A DNA stretch of 60,695 nucleotides, filler included, from Globobulimina sp. (taxonomy: Eukaryota): NCBI GenBank assembly GCA_003354225.1. It is 15 parts of 15 records of this genome, joined end to end, with 100 filler letters (N's around TTAATTAATTAA, not from the genome) between each part and the next. Parts side by side here need not be neighbours in the genome. Positions count along the whole stretch, not along the records: positions 36,503 to 40,453 come from PIVH01001836.1; positions 40,554 to 44,502 come from PIVH01001837.1; positions 44,603 to 48,551 come from PIVH01001838.1; positions 48,652 to 52,600 come from PIVH01001839.1; 11 more parts are not named here. The stretch is one strand, 5' to 3'. Numbering within the stretch: the stretch's first letter is position 1; every line of letters begins with the position of its first letter. The notes beneath the pieces were generated by a model. It saw nothing but the letters and a program-made list of their open reading frames with translations. It was not told the DNA's origin and made no database searches. Of the stretch, positions 38,494 through 49,991 are shown one piece after another. A program made the translations under genes and the position numbers.

Positions 38494-39064
38494 TTATTCA
38501 TATTTGAGTTCTAAATCGCGATTAATCCTTTGCTCCATTCTCATTTTTGACATAATGGGTCTGCATATATATTATATATTTTATATCGGTGTGTTGTTGT
38601 TGTGTTTGTGTGCAAGGATATTATTGATTGCATTACATTACATACGTTAAATACATTAATGTTGGATCAAACGGTTTTCCCTGATGGTTCCACATAGATT
38701 CTGGTAATTCGAGATGTTTCCATTTTAAATCGGAAGCCCTATCGAGTCGCCGTTGTCGCATCTCCTTCACTTCGGGCGAAACCTTATAAAATGCATATTT
38801 GATGGATTTATCAGGGCCATTACACAATTTATCCGGCCACGCATAGTCATCATACAATAAACCATATTTATTTAATTTCTTCTCTAAGCCTGGTGTCATC
38901 CGAGCATGTGCTGGCAACCAATACCAATCGGGAATATTGTAGGCTCTTCGAAATTTTACCTCTTCTTTGTATACTAATCCTTTTAAACCTTGCGACACTT
39001 TAAGCCATGTCGAACGAGCTTGATCCTGATACCTCATTATCGCAAATCGTAATGGTGTTGGCAT
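38494..39064 (-). CDS. QCR7: Cytochrome b-c1 complex subunit 7 (QCR7/UQCRB), intron 38561-38645
   Basis: Motifs LNKYGLLYDD and RQRRLDRASDLKWKHLELPESMW. Spliced C-terminus YLTPIMSKMRMEQRINRDLELKYE*. Confidence 0.8.
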
Positions 39065-39599
39065 ATTTAACAAGACACTGACACTGACAGAGACAGTATC
39101 CAAAGTTGCCTAAAAACTGTCGAAGAAATTAATAGTAGTGACTCAAAGGTGTTTGTTTTATAAGTGAATAGTTGTAATTTATAAGTGGAAAAACACAAAA
39201 CACAGAAACATAGAGAGAATAAAAAATAAGAAATATTGGAGGATATTGAAAGATGATAGAAATAATGCATATGAAAATCAATAAAAAATATCAACCAATA
39301 AAAAAATATATAATAAATAGTCAAAACTAAGAACTATAAATAAAAATAACAATATTAATATCAGGTCAAACAGCAACCAAATGGAGTAAACATGATATTA
39401 TATAGAACTTAGAAAAGAATAATTTGGAAAATAATAAAATAAAATAATATAAGATCAAAACCGTTTGCCTTCGTTTCTAACAAAACAAAACTAAACGTGT
39501 AATATTTAACATCCATGATTCAGAAAAAACATTCATTTTACAATCTTTATTTGTAATCACAACGGAACGATCAGTACCATCGCAATATGTCTTTGCAAT

Positions 39600-40230
39600 A
39601 AAAATTGTTTTCATTATTTCCTCTGCCTTTTTTTTTGATGTAAAACGAGTTGAAAATCTAACAAGAAACTATAATATATTTAAAATTCCCAAAATATGTG
39701 AAATTAAATTTTCTGTTGAAACAGCATATAAATATAAATGTTCAACCTTCGGGAATTTTAATAATATTTTTCTCCACAACGTAGCATCGCCGCTCTTTAA
39801 ATGCCAGAGGGATAATGATTAGATGTAATACCATTGAAATAAATAACATTCGGACTCATAAATCCTTGCGTATTGTTTACATCCACATCTCTTAATAAAT
39901 GTAAATCTAAATGTTGTAAATTAGTTGCAACAGTTTTTTCTGGTACTCGCAATTTATCAAAATCTGCCAAATCAAAACGTAAGCGATTTATTGATGGATA
40001 TCTTTGTAAATCAAATATTTCAATACGTTTGTATAATAAATTAAGATTACGTAATGTATTTGGAGTGTTGCAATGTATCATTATGTACTAAATACGATGC
40101 AATTTCACCGATTGAAATTGAATTTGAATCATGGAGTGGTGATTGCTTTTTGTGGCTTATCTTTTCTTGATCTAATAATATTACGTGCAATGTCAACAAT
40201 ATTTTCAATTCTATCCGGCTCAATTTGTGT
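39600..40230 (-). pseudogene. Decayed LRR-like coding fragment next to an inverted-repeat element
   Basis: NLRNLNL, NLQHLDL and KILLKFPKVEHLY-type LRR fragments appear in shifting frames. Boundaries are approximate. Confidence 0.35.
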
Positions 40231-40239
40231 TAATGGAAG

Positions 40240-40444
40240 GAATGCATTTAAGTCAGAGGTTGAGAAGTTGAGAGGTTCAGAAGTTTATGCGTTGAGAGGT
40301 TGGGATGTTCGGAAGTTGGAGGATAAAAGTATCGTAGAATTGGATTCGTGTTTCATTAATAATTCAACTTCTGAACCTCTCAACTTCTCAACGCATAAAC
40401 TTCCGAACCTCTCAACCTCTCAAACCTCTGACTTTAATGCATTC
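40240..40444. mobile_element. About 205-bp MITE/foldback-like element with ~80-bp terminal inverted repeats
   Basis: Left arm GAATGCATTTAAGTCAGAGGTTGAGAAGTTGAGAGGTTCAGAAGTTTATGCGTTGAG... is the near-perfect reverse complement of the right arm ...CTCAACGCATAAACTTCCGAACCTCTCAACCTCTCAAACCTCTGACTTTAATGCATTC. Arms are built from GAG(A/G)GTT subrepeats. Confidence 0.75.
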
Positions 40445-40553
40445 TTTTCAATGNNNNNNNNNNNNNNNNNNNNNNNNNNNNNNNNNNNNNNNNNNNNTTA
40501 ATTAATTAANNNNNNNNNNNNNNNNNNNNNNNNNNNNNNNNNNNNNNNNNNNN

Positions 40554-42404
40554 TTTGGCGTTTTTCACAGTTTTTCGTTGTGTATTCTTTGACACCTTTG
40601 TTTTTTTCACATTTTCCCGTCTGCGCGATGACGAAGGGCGGTCTACGCAGTCTTCGTAACCGATTCTTATGCAACGATCGCATGGCCGTTTCACATTACA
40701 TCTGTGGTATATTGACAGTTATGGATGTAATACAAAGTCAGTGACATTAACATAACAAACCTTGTCTTTGCTTTCCAGCATCGAATGCATGCGATTGCGG
40801 TCTGTTTGCGGCGAGTTTTAGGGTTTTTTATGCGCCGCGCCTCCTCATTCTTTAATTGTTGTTCGTGTTTCTTGATAGATGCATTTATGTCTATTTCTGT
40901 GGGCTTTGCTGCTTCTTTGCCCTTTCGCTTATTGGTGGTTTTCGATTTTATGTTTTTTGCATGTTTGGCAGTTTTGGGAGTCTTTGGGGTCTTTGTTTTT
41001 TTTTTTATCATGGTTCGTTTTGGTTTGGTCTTGGTTTTTGATAACTTTGTGGGTGAAATTGTTGGTGGCGGCGGAGGCGAAGGAGGTGGAGGAGGCGGCG
41101 GACGCGGCGGAGGCGAGAACTTATTGAGTTCGTGTTTGATGATCGTCGGCTCTATTTTTACCGATGTCAAATTGTTGATACTTGCCTTGGATCGCGTATT
41201 GTATTCAAATTCAATGTGTGGCGACAACCTTTTATATTAATTATATTTGTGCAGCATATATATAAACAACATATAATAAATAAAACATTTGCTGAATAAT
41301 AAAATAAATTTAGATTACAGGATTTCTGAGTATATTAATTGACGGACTATGTACATACATATTAATGGATGGCGTGTTTGTATTTAATGCGTTGACATTA
41401 TGAAAGCGTGGTTGTTCTGGTAACACTGATAAAAGTGTGCGATTATTAATATTATTGTTCACACTCCGATCATTTGAATTGTTTGCATTAAATATTGGTG
41501 GCAGTTGAGGTATTTTATGCATTGCCGGCAGTTGAGCCATATTGATGGAATGGTTGGTAATGTTGGGGATTTGTGGTATATTTGGTATATTTGGGGGTAA
41601 ATTGTTGTGTGCTATATTGTGTACTGCATTGATATGCGTATTATTCTCAATGCGAATCGTATTAAGAGGCAGCATTGGTGCATTGATTGGGAATTGCGAC
41701 CTTTGCGCAATCGGGTTATTACAATTATTATTAATATGAAGATGATGCTGTTGTTGCTGTTGATATTGTGCTTGATTTACTTGATTGTGATTCAAATTCA
41801 TATTACCGGCAATATTAATATCCGGTACCAACGGCGGGATACTTGGCGAGAGTGAATATGAAGGTATAATGCTGGAATTTGTTGTCGCATTACAGTTATT
41901 ATTACAGTTATTATTACAGTTGTTATTGATGCAAGTATTGCAATGGGTGGATGTCGAGCTGTGTGATTGTGTTTGGGTTTGGTAATTATACGATGATGAA
42001 TCGTAAAAATCCACATGTTCTGCTAATGCAAATGGCTCTGACGAGTCAACATTGTTCTCGGGCGTCATATGGAAATGGCGTTGTGGTCCGGGACTATTAT
42101 ATAACGACAAATTCGGGTAATATTGAGGCGATTGCTCGGACACTGGAGGGAAAGGCTCGGGGGACAGTTGAAAGCCGCCCATTGGCGAAAGTCGATGATG
42201 ATCGAAGTGGACGGACTCATTTGGATATTGTGAATGGCGGGGTATTGGCAGTGAAGAGTTATTTATGATGTTCATATTGATTGTTGTAGTATCCATATTG
42301 TTGTGGTAACAGGGCTCTGATTGGTACATAGGAGTTTGAATACACGGTGAAATCACTGAAAATTGATTGTGAAAGTCTCCCGCAAATTCATTTAATTGGT
42401 ACAT
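40554..42404 (-). CDS. Zn(II)2Cys6 binuclear-cluster transcription factor, introns 41229-41358 and 40702-40760, 3'-truncated
   Basis: Splicing gives ACIRCWKAKTR|CNVKRPCDRCIRIGYEDC = C-x2-C-x6-C-x5-C-x2-C-x7-C. Upstream are N/P/Q-rich and basic regions. The start MYQLNEF is inferred. Confidence 0.85.
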
Positions 42405-43679
42405 GCGGTCATTTACATAATCGGTATGAACACCCTCTGTTTCATGTAGAAGCATTAGTAGTAGAGGGGCAAAGAGAAAGTTTTTTGGTTTTGATGAAAA
42501 GAAATGAGATGGTAACTGCATGCACTTTATCTTAAAAGGGTAGGATTGTTTCTGTATACGGAGAATACCATCGTACGAACCTACACAAGTTAAATAGTTG
42601 CCTAAATAGCACCCTTTTTCGTTTTTGTATTGAAATAGTCCCCTAAATAGCCCTCCGTACGTCGTTGCATACACTCCCCGACCCTTTTGAGATAAAAGAA
42701 ACATTACAGAATGCGGGTTTCAAAAATCGTTGTCGGTTTTCCATAGTATTTTATATATAATTACGCATTGAAGATTAAAGGATTTGCAACTTTGCTATTA
42801 CAGCCATTTACAGGGACTAAAACCCAAAAGTTGTAAATCCATACGACAATGATTACAGCATTAAATCCATAAAAGCATTAAATCCATAATTCCACGACAA
42901 TGATTTTTGCGACAATGATTTTTTTAACGTTACCGGAAATACTTCCCACTGCAATTACATATGTTTGAAATCCAGATATCTGAATATATGTTAATTTTGT
43001 AAACACAAAAAAAATATAATAAAAAGTAACATACAAATCGTTGCATGCTAAATAAACTTAACATGTACGCATGATATCATATAATTGAATTCCTTCCAAT
43101 TAAGATGGTTCATAGTATGTACCGCTCCGGAATTAATATTATATGACATACGCTATGCTCTATCATGATCATACTATAACTTATATTTCTATATCGAGAT
43201 TAACAAATCAATCAACCTTTTAGATTAAATTCCAGAAATATGTGGTTTTTGTAAATCAATTATGTGGTATATTTTAAAAAAAACCACATATTAATAAATT
43301 CCAGAAATTAAATCAATATTCAATTCCAGAAACAATTCCACAAAACGGAATTGTCAGCATTATGTAACATAATTAACATACATTATTCCACTGTTTGTTT
43401 CGGAAGATATACACTACAAATGTAAAAATCTCATATTATAATAATGTTTGGTTTGGGTGTATACTTCGCAACAATCCATAATTAAAATGTAGAGCATTTT
43501 TAATGATCACGTGGGTGCAAGGCTGTAATAACAGCTTGAACAATGATTGAATACCGTTCCGGGTGTCCATATATATATCTATTTTCATTTTCCATTATTT
43601 TTCCTTTAGTTTATTGACAAACATGAACACGGTTTTTGCTTTAATATAAATACTAACCAACCAAAAAAACTAAGTAAAC

Positions 43680-44502
43680 ATGGCTGCTGCTAATGACTTG
43701 GATTTCATTGCTGAGAATTGCAGCAGAACCCCAAACGAAATGATTTATCGAAAACGAAATGGTGTGAAAAATTTTCAAAATATAATAAATCAAAGCGTGA
43801 ACGATGAACAATTGTTGCTGAGTATCGCAAATTGGAACATCATCGTCGAAACAATATATCAACATTTTACTTTGGCTAAGCATAAGGATAAAATAGATGC
43901 ATTGGATAAATTGAAAGAAACAGCATTAAATGCAATAAAAGTTACGAAACGTGATGATACGAACAAAATACTTGCATTAGAATCTATTAATAAACATCAT
44001 GGATTCAGTGAATTTTTCCAGGGATTGGGATTTGAGGAAGGCATTATTGAAAATAGATTAGTATTAATACAGCCTAACACAGAAATAATTAAAACAGCAG
44101 TAACAGCCATACAAAATAAAATAGAGCTGGTTAATATGTACGAATCTCTCTGTGTGTTGTGGCAAATATGCATGAATTCAATGTTAAAAAATGCATTATA
44201 TAAACATCAATCAATTTTGAGCAAATTAATACCAATGGATTTTCTGAGTAATTATCATCAATATTATGATATGTTAACTAAATTACTAAAAATACCCAAA
44301 ATGAAAATACATTCAACCGATGATTTAATATTACAAATGATGACCAACCTCGGATTTAAAATAAATTCCAAACAAATTCGCAGCAATGACCCAATATTTA
44401 ATTATATGCTGCAAATATATGACACATTTAAAAGAATAGAGAGTTTTAAACAAAGCATGGTATTAAATGTCAATATAGATGACATACAAACAGATGATCA
44501 TG
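43680..44502 (+). CDS. Hypothetical protein with PUB-like segment(s), 3'-truncated
   Basis: ALDKLKETALNAI...GFSEFFQGLGFEE...LVL resembles a PUB domain. A second similar segment ends MTNLGFK. Confidence 0.5.
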
Positions 44503-44602
44503 NNNNNNNNNNNNNNNNNNNNNNNNNNNNNNNNNNNNNNNNNNNNTTAATTAATTAANNNNNNNNNNNNNNNNNNNNNNNNNNNNNNNNNNNNNNNNNN
44601 NN

Positions 44603-46359
44603 GTGCATAAAATAATATCATCATAGCTAAAAATATCAAAATATTCCAATAAAAATTGCAATACAAACAATATCCATGCAAATGAGAAGTGCGCGCAACA
44701 ATACATTATAATAATATAAGTGCCAATGTCGGGATATGTAGCAGTCCATTGAACAGTATCTGTCATAAAATAAAACAAAATGGTAACAAATGGCTGATAG
44801 CACCAAAATAAAGGCGCATAATGGAAAGGTGGTGCATGTCCATGCAATGTATTGGTTGGATAAGTTTCATATTTATTATTTTTATTCGGTGTTAAATGTT
44901 TATACAATCGCCATCGGCCAATAATAGGATGAAACGGCGGTGTCGGTGAGTCATCATCAACGGAATAATGTTTTTTATATTGCATAGAATGCAAAGGTTG
45001 AACCCAGAACGTTACGGTAAACCAAATAATATTTAATAACCAATACGAATATAACAAACCATCTTTTTTTAATAATGGTAACATGGAAAACATTGCAATC
45101 CAAACCAATGAACTTATAAAATACGGCGCTTCCAATATAAATAAAGAGATCGGCATTAATGGAAATAAAATATTTTTCTCGTGGACTTGATAAGAAAATA
45201 AAAAAAATGTCAACGATGAGATACATAAACAATATAAAAAAAATTTAGGTTTTGGTTTAAAGATTAATAATAAACACGGCAAACAACCAAATAATGTCAT
45301 AGCGAATGATAACAATTTCGTATATTTCACACCGAATATTTGCTTCCATTTAATTAAAATATTGGTACAACACCAAATATTTGCGACTTTATCCTCAAAT
45401 AAACCCCTTTCAAATGGGAATATTCGGTGAATTACTTGTGACAAATCAGTGAAAGATTGCATATTAATCCATGGATAAAATATGACCACAAATGTAAATA
45501 TGACAACCAATCCAATCTTAAAAATTGCAAACAATGCATTTAATTTATTTGTAGGGTTATTTTTGAGTGAAATGCCAATTAAATAGAAAAAGAATGGGAA
45601 GGCATAGAATAAACTCATTTGTTTGAAACATAGCGATAAAACAAATAATATGCTCGATATATAGTAATGATGCAAAAACATAGCATTTATGCTCCATAAC
45701 GTTAACCCCAATGCAAGGCAGTTATATTGGAAATGGCCATGATCGATAATTATAAATAATGGATTGATTAACATACAAAAAATTGCAGTTATCTTTGCAT
45801 TCCATTCTTGTTTCGGATATGCAATATTGAAAAATACAAAAACAGCAGAGATGAAAAACAAAATATCGGATAATATCACTGTCATTCTCATAAAAAATTT
45901 AGTATCATCGGTTTCGATGCCATGTGATGTGTTTAATTCGATTAATTGTTTTAAATTTAAGATTGATGCAATTTTGCCACAAAGCCATGAATGGTATGCA
46001 GTGAATGGCGGATAGTCTAAGCCCCAATATTGTAAATCGTTATTTTCTGTTTGCATATACCATTCATTTATTGGTAAATTATTTGTAATTTCCATCCAAT
46101 GTCGCTGTGCTTCATAATCGCCATACATTGGTGGCACATTCATACCGGAATAACTACCAACACTGACACATAATCGCATGAATAATATTGTTAAAAATAT
46201 AATTAAATATCCTAATCCAAATGAATCATCTTCTTCAAAATATTTTGTTAATTTATGCGTACGAAAGTGTTGAGACTTCCATGCTTCACCAGCCATTTTG
46301 GAAAGTTGGGTAAAAATTTTAGTTCGAAAAATATTTCCACCAACTGGCACCAAGTCCAT
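44603..46359 (-). CDS. ALG6: Dolichyl-P-Glc:Man9GlcNAc2-PP-dolichol alpha-1,3-glucosyltransferase
   Basis: Motifs PPMYGDYEAQRHWMEIT, YWGLDYPPFTAYHSW, IDHGHFQYN, FKQM, RIFPFERGLFEDKVAN and FSYQVHEK. Start is inferred. Confidence 0.95.
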
Positions 46360-46544
46360 TTGGATGTAGTTAATGATATTAATGTCAATATAATAATCAG
46401 CAATAAAATAATAAGTATAAATAATTTTGTTGGTCTGAGCAATAGATTGCATAACATGTTCATGTTTCATTTTAAAACAAAAACGTTACTGAAGCGATGA
46501 GTTTGTATTTCGGAATTATTTATACGTAATAACTGTCATTTTAT

Positions 46545-47463
46545 TTATTTTTTGCTTGCAAAAAGTGGTTGACTCTCAATAGAATCATATATTTCATCAA
46601 TTACTGTAATCGGAATATGATTGACATTTGGATTAGCAAGATTTCTAAATGCACTCTTTACCATTGGATTTTTGACTTTTGAATTATGCAAATCTGTATT
46701 TAACATTAATATGGCATAACTTAATAACACTACATTTTCCTGTGTCCACGTATGACCACCATATTCTTCATTACTTTTAACATAATATTTAGCAAATGCA
46801 TTCATTAAACGATCAATCGTCGGTGCTTCCCTTGGAAGTCCAAATCCAGAATTAAGAAATTTTCTGAATGCATTTAAAACTGAAACATTATTCAAATTGA
46901 TATATTTCATATATTCCGATAATAATTCACTATGTTCCTCAACATTAAATATTCGATCTTCATAATTACATAGAAATTCACCAATTTCTCCACTATCAAT
47001 ATATGGATGTTTTAAATATAAAAATCTGGCAACATATTCTGTTTTGTTGTTTGTTGTATTTCTAACAATATCTATATCATCATACTGTTTCAATAAATAT
47101 TTTAACCCAGTTTTTAAATTTTTTATTCTACAGATTTTTATTGCTTTTCGTTCAATCACAAATTGATAGGGATAAAATCCAGCTATTACACCAACAATAT
47201 CTTGAGATATTACATATTTATCAGATTTGTTTATATGAGATGTTAAATATCCAGTTATTAATATTTTATATTCGGTTTTGTTATTTGGCGGATCGTTCTC
47301 GTTTGGCTACGTTCATGAGATCAAGTTCATTAACAAATATTTTCAATATATGCACATATCAGATATATACCAATTTGTCCATTTCAATTTTGTAAAGTTG
47401 CTCTTGGAGAAATTGTTTGTCTTCCATTTCTTTCATCTTTTTTTTGCTTGCTTTGTTACCCAT
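46545..47463 (-). CDS. Sec7-domain Arf GEF with myristoylation-type N-terminus, intron 47307-47370
   Basis: Exon 1 MGNKASKK...MDKL|PNENDPP. Sec7 motifs IGEFL, AFRKFL, FGLPREAPTIDRLMNAF and LSYAILMLNTDLHN. Confidence 0.88.
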
Positions 47464-47811
47464 TTTCAGCTTTGATACTTACACTTCACTTCCAAAACCT
47501 TTAGTCAATCTTTTATTTCTGCCATGAACAATTCATCCCAGCTTACTCGGAATCCAACAGCACAAGATCTAGAACTTTCCAGTCCTTTAAATAGCAGTCT
47601 GCCAGTATTTATTTATTTCCGGCATCAAATTGCAACAACATATTACGATAAAAAATTATTAATTGTATTTTAATGCTTATAGCAATATTCGTGTTTGATG
47701 ATTGGAATACATATATTCAAATATTTTTATTAGAAATGTTAGTGAACAAAGCGGTAATATTCAGTTTTAGCTTCTATCTGAATATGGGCTGTGTTAATGA
47801 GACAATTTCAA

Positions 47812-48551
47812 TCATTTCTTTCTTTTATTTACTGCACTTTTCAATGACTTTTCTAGCCATTGCTTTTTATCTTTCTCAAAATCAATATCTTTTAATTTAT
47901 AAACCTCATACTTCCCACAATCAGAATCGAAAAAATAACACATTGTATTCTCACCATTTATATATTCCTTATTAATCTCTGAATTTTGAATATAAGATAT
48001 TGTACTACAACAAGCCGCTGCTGGATCACCGGATGATGATAACATGTCAAAATAATATTCATTCCCTGGAAATGCATTACTATCCCATGCATACATTGCA
48101 ATCTTTAAACATTTATCAAATCGCTTATCCAATATGATATGGCCGGGATTATTCTTTCCAAAAAATATAAATATTTTATGTCCATATTTATCAAAAATAT
48201 AATATTCACTTTCATTTTCATTTTTATTTCCCATCCATCCAAAATATAAAACATTAATATTTGATAAATCACTGTTTCTCACAATATCTTCAACAACATT
48301 TACAATTATCCCATCTTGTAATGTTTTATTAATGCACCAAACACCCGTTCCAATGCCAACTATATAACAATAACCATATTTCTTTTCTTGTTTGCACCGA
48401 TTATCTGCATCAAATAAAAACAATTCCAATGATATTTGAATTCGGATTTTATACATTTCTTTATTTAAAAACGATTGATTTCCATAACCTGGTTTTTTAT
48501 AATATTTGTCTAAAATATATTCATTGTTATCATCATATTCACTTTCTATTT
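47812..48551 (-). CDS. MavL-like (DUF4804) macrodomain-type ADP-ribosyl hydrolase, 5'-truncated
   Basis: Motifs YKIRIQISLE, VGIGTGVW and YAWDSNAFPGNEYYFDMLSSSGDPAAACCSTI..QN..IN. Frame is open to the contig edge. Confidence 0.8.
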
Positions 48552-48651
48552 NNNNNNNNNNNNNNNNNNNNNNNNNNNNNNNNNNNNNNNNNNNNTTAAT
48601 TAATTAANNNNNNNNNNNNNNNNNNNNNNNNNNNNNNNNNNNNNNNNNNNN

Positions 48652-49272
48652 TTTTTAGTGGGGTATGCGGAGAATAATTCGGGGAAGGACACTGTGGCTG
48701 AAAATGAGGCGGATGAATTAGAGATTGAGCTCAATGAAAACGTCAGTTTAGAAAACAAGACAAAAAATAATATCTCAATCAGTTCCTCGTTGTTACAGTC
48801 TTTGACCGATTTAATTGAGAATATTATGGGTATCCCGTCCTATGTTCATCACTCTTATTATAAGGATGCCTATTTTTCAATTTGTGGCTGGTTTTGCGGC
48901 AAATCTGCCGTCGCTAACAACGCAAACAATGATTATTCCACACATTATCTCAATATTTTGAGTGCGTTGGATTACAATGCTGAGAATAGGGAGGAAATAT
49001 ATTGGGTTATATACCAACTCTTAAATGTTATTTATAAATACATCAATCATACACAGAAAGGCAATGTTTTGGATGAGAAAGATGTTGTGAATGGAGAGGA
49101 TTTATCCGATTCTGAGGAATCTGTGTCGATGGTATTCACGCAAACGAAATCGAAATATGCGGAGTTAAAACCACCGAAAAGACGGAGGGATAAAAAAAAC
49201 AAAAAAAAATCTCGTGCGCGTGCTTCCTTTCATCCATTGAATAATATTTCATCGGAGGATGATGATATTTAA
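48652..49272 (+). CDS. Hypothetical protein, last exon
   Basis: 204-aa ORF after a TTTTTAG acceptor-like site, with an acidic/basic C-terminal tail. Confidence 0.6.
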   Translation, partial: FLVGYAENNSGKDTVAENEADELEIELNENVSLENKTKNNISISSSLLQSLTDLIENIMGIPSYVHHSYYKDAYFSICGWFCGKSAVANNANNDYSTHYLNILSALDYNAENREEIYWVIYQLLNVIYKYINHTQKGNVLDEKDVVNGEDLSDSEESVSMVFTQTKSKYAELKPPKRRRDKKNKKKSRARASFHPLNNISSEDDDI

Positions 49273-49991
49273 TTATTTTTCTTTTTTCTTTTTTTCGTAT
49301 ATAACTGCAATCTTTTTTTGTTTTATTATTTTTTTTTCTGTGATATTATATATTATGTTTTTCTACCCTTATATTTTTATGTTTTTCTACTTTAGTATTC
49401 ATTTTGTTTCTTGTTCCTATTAATAAGACAATTTGTGTATTAATATATCATGAAATCATCAGTTTTTAACGCTATTGTGCAATTTGTACATGTTTTTCGA
49501 AACGAAAAATAAATTAGTAACCGAAATACCTCCTAAAACGTAATGTTTGTTAACAACATCATAGAACAAGTGGGTAGTTTAGGAGATAAGACTGTATGTC
49601 GAGGAGCCTAGGTTTCCTAAATAGTTGCCTAAACTGTATGTCGAGATCGTTCAGCAACATAGTTATAACACAAACAATGTGTGAAGTTGTGTGATTTGTT
49701 GTGTTGGAAATATTAGTTTTTATAAGTTGTATCTGCTTTGATCCAAAAGAAAACCTTGTTAAGACTTTTTTGTTCAATAAGTTGCTGCATCTTTTCCACA
49801 AGTTAGGACGAAAAAAATAAAAAAAAAAGAAAATCTGACGCTGAAAAAAAACAATTAAACAACAAAAAAAAAACTGTTAGTTTGAATGACAAAAAAAGTC
49901 AAAAGCAACTAGTGTTTATTATCAATTATCACCTTCACATTCATCCAAAAATCATTGATTTATCTGATTTGTTTTCTACACCAATATATTA

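Noticed and set aside
42591-49633. Identical 16-mer TAAATAGTTGCCTAAA upstream of genes in two contigs (42591-42606 and 49618-49633)
   Set aside because: A few chance 16-mer matches are expected in 60 kb of AT-rich DNA and the flanks do not align, so a genome-wide enrichment test would be needed.
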